Shown here one piece after another: positions 1 through 13,189 of a stretch of 64,000 nucleotides of DNA. The DNA is from Malacoraja senta. Its lineage: Eukaryota. How positions within the stretch are numbered: the stretch's first letter is position 1; each line of letters begins with the position of its first letter. The stretch is from NCBI GenBank assembly GCA_038087875.1, contig CM075995.1, forward strand, positions 4,280,001 to 4,344,000, in the 5' to 3' direction. A program made the position numbers and the translations under genes. A model generated the notes under the pieces. The model did not search any database and was not told the DNA's origin. It was given only the letters and a program-made list of their open reading frames with translations.

Positions 1-224
1 CTAATCTTTGCTTGGTCTCGTCGATTTACAGGAAGCCATATTGGGAGCACTGAATGCAGTAAATGAGGTTAGAGGAGGTGCATGTGAATGATCTGCATGT
101 TTCGCCTCTCCATTCAGAAGATTGTGGATTCAAGTTCCATTCAAGGGATTTAAGCATTATAACTAATTTGATGGTCCAGGTGAGTGTTTCATTTTTGGCT
201 ATGTTTCAAACAAGGTAGTGAATC

Positions 225-760
225 GCTATACCTCCTCCCTCGACTGCGTCCAAGAACCCTGGCAGTCCTTTCAGATGAGGTAGAGGTCACTTCCTTCAAC
301 CTCCTCTACTGTATCCACTGTTCCAGATGTGAATCCAATATATCGGCAAGACCAATAGCAGGCTCGGCGATCGTTTCGCTGAACACCTCCGCTCAGTCTG
401 GCTAGGCCTACGCGATCACCCAGTTGCTAAAAACATTAACTCCCCTCCCATTCCCACACTAACCTTTCTGTCCTGGGCCTCCTCCATTGTCAGAGTGAGG
501 CCCAGCGCAAATTGGAGGAACAGCACCTCATATTTCACATGATCAGCCTACCACCCAGCGGTACGAATATTGACTTCTCTAACATCAAGTAACATGCTCT
601 CCCTCTCTTTCCGTCCCTCCCCCACCCTAGTTCTCCGACTAGTCCCTCTCCCCTGACTCTCAGTCTGAAGGAGGGTCTCGACCCGAAACGTCACCCATTC
701 CATCCCTCCAGAGATGCTGCCTGTCCCACTGAGTTACTCCAGCATTTTGTGTCTATATTG
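225..760 (+). mobile_element. Penelope-like element 3' fragment
   Basis: Homologous to 6680-7340 (GIY-YIG end, 3' UTR and terminal repeat). Confidence 0.85.
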
Positions 761-1061
761 AATCAGGAATTATTTTGCCCTTTCAGGAGATATGAAGATG
801 AGCACTCATCAGCAATGATGATCAGTACCTATTTCACATCCCACTTTGCTTGAATAGAAACCTCCTCTGGTGTGTGTGGGCTCTCAGATCAGCTATGAGG
901 TTTCTTGCATTACACCAGAGACTGGACTCCAGAAAATACTTAATTGTGTTTAAGTGTTTTGAAACAGACTCAGGTTGTGAAAGATGTGAATAAATGCAAT
1001 CATTTTTATTTCAGTATCATGTTACTTAAATAATATGTTTAAGTTCTGCATATGTGCTAAC

Positions 1062-1162
1062 CTGATCAATAGGCAGCTCCACTTGTGTCAGATTATCTTC
1101 TTGAATTTCCATTGCATCCAAGGTCTCCCTCCTTTCCTCAAAAGCTTTGAACACGCAGTTTT
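1062..1162 (-). CDS. DCDC2: DCDC2 coding exon (human exon 8 equivalent)
   Basis: cccctttcccccag|AA AAC TGC GTG TTC AAA...ATT GAT CAG|gttagc, 101 bp, phase-1 start. Encodes (E)NCVFKAFEERRETLDAMEIQEDNLTQVELPIDQ versus human EGIFKAGAERSETRGAAEVQEDEDTQVEVPVDQ. Confidence 0.93.
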
Positions 1163-1301
1163 CTGGGGGAAAGGGGATAATGTTATTAAGACGGTGTTAA
1201 ATACAAGACAATGATACAACAGTGGCTACCAGTGGTGTGCAGCAAGAATTGCATCTCATCTCCAGCAATAAGTGCTAGCAAATACTTCACATCGCATGGG
1301 A

Positions 1302-1605
1302 GGCACGGTGATGCAGCGGTACATCTACTGCCTTACTGCGTCAGAGGCCCGGGTTCGATCCCGACTACGGGTGCTGTCTGTAGGAGTTTGTACGTTCTCC
1401 CTGTGACCTGTGTGGGTTTTCTTCAAGACCTTTGGTTTCCTCCCACACACCAAAGATGTACAGGTTTGTAGGTTAATTGGCTTGGTATAAAATGTTAAGA
1501 AAAATTATCCCTGGTGTGTGTAGGATAGTGTTAATTTGCGGGGATCGCTGGTCAGTGTGGAATCAGTCGGCTGTTTCCGTGCTGTATCTCGAAACTAAAC
1601 TAAAC
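1302..1605 (+). mobile_element. tRNA-derived V-SINE (HE1-like); further copies at ~2053-2378(-), 5003-5645(+, split by CR1), 13870-14176(+), 15773-15927(+), 16803-17112(+), 18689-18985(-), 21154-21467(-), 22573-22718(+), 25692-26515(+, split), 27660-27915(+), 38604-38911(+), 41982-42290(-), 42998-43160(-), 49720-49935(-), 52330-52620(-)
   Basis: A-box/B-box head (tggcgcagcggtagag...gggttcgatccc), conserved core gagtttgtacgttctccccgtgacc...ggtttcctcccac, CR1-like 3' end and (taaac)n tail. Confidence 0.88.
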
Positions 1606-1632
1606 ATTTTGCCATCACCAGTTTGTTAATGT

Positions 1633-1851
1633 GTAGGAAGGAACTGCAGATGCTGGTTTACAGCCAAGATAGACACAAAAAGCTGAAGTAACTCGGCGGG
1701 TCAGGCAGCATCTCTGGAGAAAACGAATAGGTGACATTTTGGGTCGAGACCCTTCTTTAGACTAATTTCTTCAGACTGGAGTCGAAACGCCACCTATTCC
1801 TTTTCTCCAGAGATGCTGCCTGACCCGCTGCGTTACTCCAGCATTTTATGT
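1633..1851. mobile_element. Short Penelope-derived fold-back insert; similar units at ~2889-3080, 3240-3400, 4145-4361, 18440-18670, 21673-21768, 23605-24050, 24795-24890, 25588-25680, 26745-27112, 41810-41908, 51720-52075, 61876-62000, 63680-63930
   Basis: Inverted copies of the Penelope terminal repeat, flanked here by 21-bp imperfect direct repeats at 1612-1632 and 1852-1872. Confidence 0.85.
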
Positions 1852-2521
1852 CCATTACCAGTTTGTTGATGTTTGAAACCATTCACAGTAAAGAGAATGG
1901 TTTGTTTAAGAAATCTTAATTGTGGACATAGTTATAAGTTTGTTGCTGTCTGACTCAGACGTTTACTTTGTAAACAGTTCTCCATTATTCCCCTGTATTA
2001 GCAGGAACGTTTATGTGGTGGTGCTTGACTGGGGAACGAGGGGGGAAGGGGATTTAGTTTAGTTTAGATTAGTTTAGAGATACAGCGCAGAAACAGGCAC
2101 TTCGGCCCACCAAGTTTATGCCGACCAGCGATCCCTGCACATTAACGCTACCCTACACACACTAGGGAGAATTGACAGTTATACCAAGCCAATTAACCTA
2201 CAAACCTGTACGTCTTTGGATTGTGGGAGGAAACCGATGATCTCGGAGAAAACCCACGCGGTCACGGGGAGAACGTACAAACTCCGTCCAGACAGCACCC
2301 GTATTCGGGATCGAACCAGGGTCTCCGGCGCCACAAGCGCTGTAAGGCAGCAACTCTACCGCTGAGCCACCATGCGCCCCTGGCTGAGGGCAGCACTTAA
2401 CTGGGAAATACACATTCAGGCTTGGATAGCAATCACAGCATCAACTAGCAATCACCATTTGGAATACCTCCTGGACTTTAAATAATGATCATGGTTTTGA
2501 TTGTTTAACCAGCACATCTAA

Positions 2522-3216
2522 AGGGCCTGTCCCACTTACGTGTCCTTGGTACGCAAATTACGCGACCTCGTGGTCGCGTTGAGGCGCACGGGCATCGTAT
2601 GGCCGCGCGGGGCCGGTCCCACTTAGAAGCGCGGAGGGGTATGTAGTTGTGAGCGACATCGCGCGGGGCTCCGAAATGTTTGTAGTGAACAAAGTCTTCG
2701 CGCGCCAACGGCCTGTCACGGAACTGACGGCCAAAGTGGAACAGGCCCAAGACCCTGGCGCGATGCAACATCTCACCTCCAACAGCAGCAGAAGCAGGCA
2801 AACGATCGCCGAGCTCGGCCTGGGGCTCACGGCCGTTGCGGTCCGGATCCGCCCCCAATTCTACTCCCAGGGCGGGGCCAAGAAAATTGAAGATTGACAC
2901 AAAATGCAGGAGTAACTCAGCGGGACCGGCAGCATCTCTGGAGAGAAGCAATGGATGACGTTTCGGGTCAAGACCCTTCTTTTCAGACTGAAGAAGAGTC
3001 TCGACACGAAACGTCACCCATTGCTTCTCTCCAGAGATGCTGCCGGTCTGGCTGAGTTACTCCAGCTTTGTGTCCATCTTCAAATGACGTCACGCACTCC
3101 AGACGGCTGTGCGTACGCATGTAATCGCGCCCGACCTTCGCGGGACCATCGCGGCTCAACGCGACCACGAGGTCGTGTAATTTGCGTGCCAAGGACACGT
3201 AAGTGGGACAGGCCCT
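2522..3216. mobile_element. PIF/Harbinger-type MITE (with a nested Penelope fold-back)
   Basis: TIRs of ~65 bp starting AGGGCCTGTCCCAC; TAA on both sides. Confidence 0.88.
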
Positions 3217-6099
3217 TAACTCGATAAACATCGAATAGAAACAAGTAACTGCAGATGCTGGTTTACAGAAAAGGACATAAAGTGCTGGACTAATTCCGTG
3301 GGTCAGGCAGCATCTTTGGAGAGCATGGATAGGTGACGTTTCGAGTCTGAAGGCTCCCCTTCCATATTCTCCTGAGTTACTTCAGCACTGTATGTCCTTT
3401 TAAGTTAAACATTGATCTTTTAAAATGGTTGGAATAAAATGGTGGGATTGAGAATGACTTCTCATTGAGTAACCTAAATGAGATTCTGGTCCATTCACCT
3501 CTGGCATTGAGAATTTTTCTTGAATAAAATTGGACAATTCAATCTTTAAGCAAATAATTACAAATTAATCGCAGGGTGCCCCCACTTTTTCTGTGCACTG
3601 TTGGCTCTACAGTTTGCTGAAGAGTCTCTTGCCCAGAGTAGGGGAATCGAGGACCAGAGGACATAGGCCTAAGGTGAAGGGGACAAGATTTAATACGAAT
3701 CTGAGGGGTAACTTTTTCACACAGAGGGTGGTGGGCGTATGGAACGGGCTGCCACAGGAGGTAGTTGAGGTAGGGACTATCAAAACGTTTAAGAAACGGT
3801 TTGACAGGTACATGGAGAGGACAGGTTTGGAGGGAGATGAGCCAAACGCAGGCAGGTGGGACTAGTGTAGGTGGGACATGTTGCCGGGTGTTGGTAAGTT
3901 GGGCCGAAAGGTCTGTTTCCACGCTGTATCACTCTATGACTCTATAGAACTGAGTTTCTAGCTCCAGGTTCCTTTATTAAATTTGCTCTGATGTAAAACT
4001 ATCTTGTGTGTTTTTTCCCCCAACCCCATGGAAAATATGCAAAAGGTGTACCGGTTTTCCAGAATTAATCTTAGGTTTCACTGCATTGCTTTCACCAGTC
4101 GACCCTATGTATCGGTATTAAATCCAACAAAGATCCCTACGAAGATAGACACAAAAAGCTGGAGTAACTTAGCGGCACAGGCAGCGTCTCTGGAGAGAAG
4201 GAATGGGTGACGTTTCAGGTCGAGACCCTTCATCAGTGAAACTCGAACCGAAACGTCACCCATTCTTTCGCTCCAGAGATGCTGCTTGTCCCGCAAAGTT
4301 ACCCCAGCTTTTTGTGTCTATCTTCGGTTTAAACCAGCATTTGCAGTTCATTCTTACACATACAAAGATCTCTACGAAGCAGCCAAAAAGAAGTATTGAT
4401 TTTCTCACTTAAAAGGTGAAGGGATAACATTTTTCTGAAGGGTGGTACTGATCGGATGGATGTTAACATCTTCAGGGGCAACACACAAACAGACAGGCCA
4501 ATTTATTTCTAAATAGGGTCACTGAGACTAGACTTACTGATCTAAAACAAAGGCTTTGTTATCAGAGACCCAGCACAATGTATACACTATCTGGCCGGGG
4601 GAACTCAATCAATTGGAAGCACAATAGACGCTTCAAGCCTGCAGGAGCAATATGTTCTACTTTCAAAAGAACCTGATAGTGTGGCTCAGACTAAAGCTGT
4701 GCCCAACAAACAGATTGCTGAAAATTGGGGGAGTTCAAGGTCAAAAAGAAACAATATCCATTCGGCAGTGGATAATCTGCACCAATGTGACTTGTTACAT
4801 GAAACAGAAAGATTTGCAAATAAATATAAACCAAATATTTGGATTGAGGCAGACATCTTTGTTGTCTGTATATGTCAAGTGTTCGCTGAATAAACTCACT
4901 AAGTGATCGAGAGCAATTGTGTAAACAGTGCTAAAATACAGGCGAGCTTAAATATTCCTCACGCACTAAGAGCAGATGGAATGCATCCAATAGCCTTTAA
5001 ATGTGGTGGTGCAGCGGTAGAGTTGCTGCCTTACAGCGCCAGAGACCCGGGTTCCATCCTGACTGCAGGTGATGTCTGTACGGAATTTGTGCATTCTCCC
5101 CGTGGTTTTCTCCGAGATCTTCGCTTTCCTCTCACACTCCTACAAAACCATGAGAGGAATAGATCGGGTAGATGCACAGTGTCTCTTGCCCAGAGTAGGG
5201 GAATCGAGGACCAAGGTGAAGGGGAATAGATTTAATAGGAATCTGAGGGGTAACTTTTTCACACAAAGGGTGGCGGGTGTATGGAACAAGCTACCAGAGG
5301 AGGACGTTGAGGCTGGGACTATCCCATCATTTAAGAAACAGTTAGACAGGTACATGGATAGGACAGGTCTGGAGGGATGTGGGCCAAAGGGCAGGCAAGT
5401 GAGACAAGTGTAACTGGAACATTGTTGGCCGGTGTGGGCAAGTTGGGCTGAAGGGCCTGTTTCCACACTGTATCACTCTATGACACTATGACCCCATAGA
5501 CGTACAGGCTTGTAGGTTAATTGGCTTGGTATAACTGTAAATTGTGTATGTAGTATGTAGTTAGTGTGCGGGGATCGCTGGTCGGCACGGACTCGGTGGG
5601 CCGAAGGGCCTGTTTCCGCGCTGTATCTTTAAACTAAACTAAAGTTAACCGAGGGGGTTTATGGAGGGTGCTGCAGAGATGTTTTCAGTTTGTTATGCAC
5701 ACGATGATTCTGTAGAATCTGCCATGGCTCGTTCCCGCTCCAGAGGATCGTGGATTTGAGCCAGCTACAAGTCCCTATTGACGACACAAACACTATTGCT
5801 CACAGAGTGCCACTTCACACAGTGCCAGGACTCACTCACATACACCTATTCACCTATTCACCTGTGACAGCTGTCACAGCACCCACCCATCCACTACCTT
5901 CCATACCACACCCACACATGCATGTGGACACACACACACTATCCCCTCTCTCACCAATTTCTACAGATGCACCACAGAAAGCTTTTTATCGGGATTCATC
6001 ACAGCTTGGTTTGGGAACAGCTCCATCCAGGACCGCAAGAAATTGCAGCGAATTGTGGACGCAGCCCAGACCATCACACAAACCAAACTCCCTTCTATT

Positions 6100-7347
6100 G
6101 AGTAGGAATGAACTGCAGATGCTGGTTCAAACCAAAGATAGACACAAAAAGCTGGAGTAACTCAGCGGGACAGGCAGGATCTCTGAAGAGAAGGAATGGG
6201 TGACGTTTCGGGTTGAGACCTTTCTTCAGACTGGTTAGGGATAAAGGAAACGAGAGATATAGACGGTGATGTGGAGAGATAAAGAACAATGAATGCGTAG
6301 TGTCGGAGAGCAGGAGGAATCACAGATGGGAGCAGCGAGAGAGGATGTTGCAGAACCTTCGTCGGAGAGAGGAGGAGAACTTTGCAATGTGTATGACGGA
6401 AATGTAGATGCTGGTTTAAGCTGAAGATAGACACAAAAAGCTGGAGTAACTCAGCGGGACAGGCAGTATCTCTGGAGAAGAAATGGGTGACGTTCCTCCG
6501 AAATTTCAGCCACCTCCAACGGGATCCCACCACTAGCCATATTTTCCCATCTCCACCCCTTTCCACCTTCCGCAGAGACCGTTCCCTCCTCAACTCCCTG
6601 GTTAACTCATCCCTTCCCACCCAAACCACCTCCTCCCCAGGTACCTTCCCCTGCAACCACAGGAGATGTAACACCTGTCGCTATACCTCCTCCCTCGACT
6701 CTGTCCAGGGACCCCGACAGTCCTTTCAGGTAAGGCAGAGGTCCACTTGCACCTCCTCCAACCTCATCTACTATATCCGTTGCTCAAGATGTGGACTCTT
6801 ATACAGTGGCGAGACCAAACGCAGAATGGGCGATCGTTTCGCGGAACATCTTCGCTCAGCCCGCCTGAACCTACCTGACCTCCTGGTTGCTGGACACTTT
6901 AATTCTCCTTCCCATTCCTACACAGATCTTTCTGTCCTAGGTCTCCTCCATTGTCAGAGTTAGGCTAAACGCAAATTGGAGGAATAGCATCTCATATTTC
7001 GCTTGGGCAGCTTACAGCCCAGTGGTATGAATATTGATTTCTCTCACTTCAGGTAGCCCTGGCATTCCCTCTCTCTCTATCCCTCCCCCACCCAAGTCGC
7101 ACTAGCTTCTCATTTTCACCATACAAACAGCTAACAATGGCCTGTTTCGTCTATCATCATAACTTTTTTGCATATCTTTCATTCACTGTTCTTTATCTCT
7201 CCACATCATCATCTATATCTCTCGTTTCCCTTGTCCCTAACCAGCCTGAAGAAGGGTCTCGACCCGAAACATCACTCATTCCTTCTCTCCAGAGATGCTG
7301 CCTGTCCCGCTGAGTTACTCCAGCTTTTTGTGTCTATCTTTAGTGGT
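6100..7347 (+). mobile_element. Penelope-like element 3' part (GIY-YIG endonuclease) with inverted pseudo-LTR copies
   Basis: ORF 6487-6963 contains CNTC...TCTSSNLIYYIRCSRCGLLYSGETKRRMGDRFAEH. Inverted terminal-repeat copies lie at 6100-6490 and a direct copy at 7140-7340. Confidence 0.88.
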
Positions 7348-7442
7348 AACAGTGCCTCCTTTCAGCATAGCTCTTTGAGCAAGTACTAATTAATTTGCTC
7401 AAATAAGACATGTGGCTGGCTCACTTGTAATCTGTAGTTTAA

Positions 7443-7938
7443 AGGGCCTGTCCCACGAGCATGCGACTGCATGCGGCAAGCGTGACCTAACGTGGTCGCT
7501 TGAGCCGTACGGCCTCGCGGGGCCGGTCCCACTTCGATCGCCGGAGCCGTATGGAATTGTGCGGAGCTGGTCCCGACATCGCGCGGGGTTCTGAAAAACT
7601 GACAGTGTTCAAAAATTCCGCGCGGCAACGGCCTGCCGGCCCGCAGCCGCCTCAACGCCGTACGCACCGCCTCGATGGGCGTGCGCAGAGTCTCGACGCC
7701 GTACGCAGCGTCTTGACGCCGTACGTCACATGCGAACTTCCCGCGGACTTTGCTTGAACTTCACGTCACTCACTCGACCTCCGCGCGGCCCCCACTTCCG
7801 GTTTGGTCGCGCTCGCCGCATGCAGTCACATGCTGGTGGGACTGGCCCTGTCAGGGGATCACTCGACCTCCGGGCGGCCCCCGCTTCCGGTTTGGTGGCG
7901 CTTGCCGCATGCAGTTGCATGCTCGTGGGACAGGCCCT
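7443..7938. mobile_element. PIF/Harbinger-type MITE with a duplicated 3' end
   Basis: TIR agggcctgtcccacgagcatgc; TAA TSD; the 3' subterminal region occurs twice (~7770-7848 and ~7860-7938). Confidence 0.88.
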
Positions 7939-7980
7939 TAAGGCTCGCAAATAGTTTTTTTCGTTGTTGCTGCCTTACAG

Positions 7981-8410
7981 GTTCCCATTCCTACACAGAT
8001 CTTTCTGTCCTAGGTCTCCTCCATTGTCAGAGTTAGGCTAAATGCAAATTGGAGGAATAGCATCTCATATTTCGCTTGGGCAGCTTACAGCCCAGTGGTA
8101 TGAATATTGATTTCTCTCACTTCAGGTAGCCCCGGCAATCCCTCTCTCTCTATCCCTCCCCCACCCAAGTCGCACTAGCTTCTCGTTTTCACCCTACAAA
8201 CAGCTAACAATGGCCTGTTTCGTTTATCATCATAACTTTTTTGCATATCTTTCATTCATTGGTCTTTATCTCTCCTCATCAGTGTCAATATCTCTCGTTT
8301 CCCTTGTCTGAAGAAGGGTCTCGACCCGAAACATCACCCATTCCTTCTCTCCAGAGATGCTGCCTGTCCTGCTGAGTTACTCCAGCTTTTTGTGTCTATC
8401 TTTAGTGGTT
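7981..8410 (+). repeat. Local duplicate of the Penelope segment at 6910-7347
   Basis: Shares private changes (gagttaggctaaa, ggaggaatagcat) and the same 3' flank tttagtggt. Confidence 0.82.
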
Positions 8411-8967
8411 AAATCATCTACAGGTTCTATGCAAAGAAAGCACTTTTTGGGCTGAATTTTATCTTCTCAATTTAAAAAATCCTCTCTTAAAAAAGATCAA
8501 AGATGATTAAAAATTGAAGGCAAGTAATTGGCCATAGTTTACGAAGAACAATGGTTGTATATATTTTTTAAGCAAAGCTCTGTTTCACTGAAAAAATCAT
8601 TGCAAAAAAGATTATGAGGTGGGCAATGACTCTGGATACATTGATTAGCAAACCAGATACCGAAATAGGCAGAAAAAATGTCATTAAACTGCATGAGAGA
8701 AAAGCCAGTAATGCTATTACTCGTTGAACAGAAACCATGAAGACAATTCTACAGCGGGGTCAGAGCAACTCTAATTCAATTGCCCACAGGAAATAAAGCA
8801 ACTTGATGATCTCAGAGAATTAATTCACATGAGTGCTACCTCGTGATTTATCCGTTTTTTTAGGAAACCAGAAACATAATTAAATATTTAAGTGGTGTGC
8901 ATAACTCCACAGCATGCAACTCAAAGTCGAAAGATGTCATGCAAAAGGACTTTCAATTCAATTTGTA

Positions 8968-9145
8968 CAATATTTGCATTTGATATTCACCTCCAACATT
9001 TTCCATCTTCATCTATTTTTTTTAAAATAATATAATAGCTCTGATATTATATTACAAATCAGCTCTGCTCAGCTCTGATAAAGGGATGTTATTAAATAAA
9101 TAGATGATTTAAAATGTTGGACGTGAATACCAAATGCAAATATTG
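8968..9145. mobile_element. Small fold-back MITE, Tc1/mariner-like
   Basis: TA-flanked, with CA...TG ends and a ~35-bp near-perfect inverted repeat caatatttgcatttg(a/g)tattcac(c/g)tccaacatttt that extends imperfectly inward. Confidence 0.65.
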
Positions 9146-9525
9146 TAATATTGCAAATATTGTCTGAGCCGCTGAGTTACTCCAGCTTTTTGTGTCTATT
9201 TTCCCTTCATCAGGGCATTTGGTATGTTTGAGCCCAGAATTTCTCATCTGCGTTATTTTAACATCAGTGCTTACTCATTTAACACAAATAGGCTGACAAA
9301 TGTGCTATATGATCAGCAAATTCAAAACTGAGGTCTTCAGATCTCGGCTTTCCTCTCCAATTTTGGATAATTACATGTCAGAATTAGCTGGATGTGATAG
9401 TTCTGAGTAAAGATTCCACCAGGAATATTAACCTGTCTGCTTTCATTTTCTGAATCACCTGTTGTGAACTTTGAATATATTTTGTTCCTGTTCCAGTTTC
9501 TTTCATCCTCAGAGGTTCATCAATT

Positions 9526-11040
9526 TTAGGAGCAGAATTAGGCCATTCGGCCCGTCAAGTCTACTCTGCCCTTCAATCAAGCTGATCTATCTTTTCCTCT
9601 CAACCTTCTCCCTATAACCCCTGACACCCGTACCAATAAAGAACCTGTCAATCTCCGCCTCAAAAATATCCATTGACGGCCTCCACAGCCGTCTGTGGCA
9701 ATGAATTCCACAGATTCACCACCCTCTGACTAAAGAAATTCCTCCTCATCTCCTTTCTAAAGGTACGTCCATTTATTCTGAGGCTACGGCCTCTGGTCCT
9801 AGATTCTTCCACTAGTGGAAACATCCTCTCCACATCCACTCTTTCCAGACCTTTCACTATTCGGTAAGTTTTAATGAGGTGACCCCTCATCCTTCTGAAC
9901 TCCAGGGAGTAGAAGCCCAGTGCAGTCAAACGCTCATCATATGTCAACCCAAGCATTCCTGGGATCATTCTCGTAAACCTCCTCTGGACCCTCTCCAATG
10001 CCAGCACATCCTTCCAACACATATGGGACCAAAACTGCTCACAATACTTCAAAAATGCGGTCTGACCAGCACCTTGTAAAGCCTCATCCCGACTATATAT
10101 TTTTTTAATTGTCTTACCTACTTACATTAATGGAGTTTCAAGTCCTGCACTCAGTAAGCACACAAAGGGTGGTGGATGTATGGAACAAGCAGCCAGAGGA
10201 GGTAGTTGAGGCTGGGACCATCCCAACGTTTAAGAAACAGTCAGACGGGTACATGTACAGGACAGGTTTGGAGGGATGTGGACCAAGCACAGGCAGGTGG
10301 GACTAGTGTAGCTGGGACATGTTGGCCGGTGTGGGCATGCTGGGCCAAAGGGCCTGTTTCCACACTGTATCACTCTATGACTCTATGATTCAGTAAGTGA
10401 TTCACAGGGACACGTGCACACTGCAATACCACAGCGGCTGCAGGGGACTTCACAGTCGGGGAAGAGTTTGGGGGAAGAATACTCAGATGTGAGGACAATT
10501 GCAGAACCAGGAGTTTCCCATGAGCATGGCAAAAAGGAAGTTCTTCCACATTTTCACAAAGACTAGATAACCCATTCCTAGGTCATATGCCAATAAATAC
10601 TCTATTGGACAGCTGATCAAGTTGTCAGCAAGAGAGAGGTAATGGGGGGGGGGGGGACCTCATTGAAATGTACCAGATAGTAAAGGGCCTGGAAAGAGTG
10701 GATGCGGAGAGGATATTTTCACTAGTGGGAGAGTCTGGGACCTGAGGCCAAGGCCTAAGAATAAAAGGATGTACCTTTAGAAAGGAGATGAGGTGGAATT
10801 TCTTCAGTCAGAGGGTGGTTAATCTGTGGAATTCATTGCCACAGAAGGTCGTGGAGGTCAAGTCAATGGATATTTTCAAGGCAGAGATTGACAGATTCTT
10901 GATTAGTATGGGTGTCAGGGGTTATGGGGGGGGGGGAGTCGGGAGATTGGGGTTGAGAGAGAAAGATAGAGGAGCCATGATTGAATGTGGAGTAGCCTTG
11001 ATGGACCGAATGGCCTTATTCTGCTCCTACAACTCATGAA
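9526..11040. mobile_element. Cluster of 5'-truncated CR1 3' fragments; others at ~3620-3945, 5140-5490, 12527-13100, 15315-15650, 15930-16735, 21520-22095, 24116-24350, 25016-25587, 28885-29320, 39375-39617 plus 41642-41975, 50045-51425, 52630-53150, 54020-54606, 62270-62715, 63225-63660
   Basis: Repeated C-terminal CR1 ORF2 peptide ERVQRRFTRMIPG...LYSLEFRRMRGDLIETY...TRGH...NFFTQRVVNLWNSLP, with subfamily-specific short tandem tails. Confidence 0.9.
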
Positions 11041-11149
11041 AGGTAGATAAGCTGGTTCTGAACAGAATAAAAGTGAGTGGACAGGTACATGGAAGGGAAC
11101 GGTTTGAAGGGATATGGGGCCACGCTGGTAGGTGGGACGAGTGTAGATG

Positions 11150-11762
11150 GGGCACCTCTACCTCCTTAGAAGGCTTAGGAAGTTCGGCATGTCCCCAACA
11201 ACTCTCACCAACCTCTACAGATGCGCCATCGAAAGCATTTCATTGAGATGCATCACAGCATGGTTTGGGAACAGCTCCGTGCGAGACCACAAGAGGTTGC
11301 AGAGAATTGTGGACGCAGCCCAGACCATCATAGAAACCAACCACCCTTCCACTGTCTCCATTTACACTTCGCGCAGCCTCGACAAGGCCAGCAGCATAAT
11401 CAAGGATGAGTCTCACCCCAGTCGCTCCCTCCTCTCCCCTCCTTCATCAGGCAAGAGGTATAGAAGTGTGAAAACGCTCACCTCCAGATTCAGGAACAGT
11501 TTCTTCCCAGCTGTTATGAGGCAACCGAATTATCCTATCAACAACTAGAGAGCAGTCCTGAGGTACTATCTACCTAATTGGAGACCCTCGGACCATCATT
11601 AATTGGACTTAACTGGACTTTATCTTGCACTAAACGTTTATCCATGTATCTGTACACTGTGGACGGCTCGATTGTAATCATGTATTGTCTTTCCGCTGAC
11701 TGGTTAGCATGCAACAAAAGCTTTTCACTGAACCTCGGTACACGTGACAATAAACTAAAATA
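11150..11762 (+). mobile_element. Rex1-type LINE 3' fragment; the same 3' tail recurs at ~17245-17550 and ~31054-31330
   Basis: LYLLRRLRKFGMS...YRCAIES...AWFGNS...RFRNSFFP, then a 3' UTR ending cacgtgacaataaactaaa. Confidence 0.82.
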
Positions 11763-13189
11763 ATCTATACGAAAACTTGGTCGACATGGGCAAGTTGGGC
11801 TGCAGGGACCTGTTTCCATGCTGTATGACTCTCTTGATTCTACGAGTGGATGGGAGGAGGTAATTCTCAATTTAAAATGAACGCTTTGCCACTTTTGTTA
11901 AAATAGCGGTAAATACAAGGTCGCACCCTTGCGCTCGCACACACAATGGAAATAAAGTGGATTGCGATTTAACGTGATTGCTCGCCAATCGTTAAAAATC
12001 AAGTCTTACGAGACCAGGAATACAAATGGATTAGACTAGCTGTCTGTAGTTCGGTACAAATGCTTTGGGCAATTACCTTCATGTTGACAATTTCTTCGAA
12101 TGATCCTTCTTACGCTCCAGAACTGACACTTGGACCAGTTAAATGATGAGCCCCTAATGGTAAGTGCCTTCCCCGTGTTACCCTGTCATTCCAAATCAGT
12201 CAGACGGTGTTAAGAGCTCTGTGGATGATTGCACATTTCTGAGCATCCTCTTGGGCAGGCTGTCAACTGAAAGGCAAACCCTGTTGGGCCAGTATCGGTG
12301 TGACAACTTATTAAAAAATCACCATTATTAAACCACGGACGTCCTGAGTGTCACAATCCTCCAAACTACCCAGATGCCACTTACTACAATACTGTCTACA
12401 TCAGAATCCATGCCAAGCATGAGGTCTGTCCAATCCTGATGTCAATTTCAGAAATAGTAAGGATTATTTCACATAAAATATCACTGTCAACCGCACGCAA
12501 AAAGGTAATTTGTAGTTCAACCAACAAACTTTTTTGATTAGTACGGGTGTCAGGTACGGGTAGTATGTGGAGAAGGCAGGAGGATGGGGTTGAGAGGGAG
12601 AGATAGATCAGCCATCATTGAATGGTGGAGTAGACTAGATGGGGCAAACAATGGCCCAATTCTGCACGGAGAACTTTAGAACTCTCAAAAAATATTTTAA
12701 AAATTGGTGTTACTTGACGTGGCATGAGTTTTCACAAGCCATGCTTTTTTAAAAGATTGAGATAACAAAGGTCGAGGAGTTAAGTCAAGGGATGTACCGT
12801 TCTATCTAAGAATAAGGGGTAGGCCGTTTAGGAACGAGATGAGGAAAAACTTTTTCACCCAGAGTTGTGAACCTGTGGAATTCTCTGCCAGAGAAGGCAG
12901 TGGAGGCCAATTTACTGGATGTTTTCAAGAGAGAGTTCGATATACAGTAGCTCTTAGGGCTAATGGAGTCAAGGGATATAGGGAGAAAGGAACGGGGTAC
13001 TGATTTTGGATGATCAGCCATGATCATATTGAATGGCGGTGCCGGCTCGATGGGCAGAAAGGCCTACTCCTACAGCTATTTTCAATGCTTTTATGTTTCT
13101 ATTCCTTAAGTAAATCTAATTAACTTTTTGCACAATTCCATAAAATGTCTAAAATCACCTGTGCTTAAATTTGCACAAGATGAGACTTC

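Noticed and set aside
1302..1375. tRNA-like sequences at SINE heads
   Set aside because: They continue into the SINE core and tail, so they are not independent tRNA genes.
12143..12242. Box C (atgatga) and box D (ctga) motifs suggesting a snoRNA
   Set aside because: No convincing terminal stem, and the motifs are on the strand opposite the host transcript.
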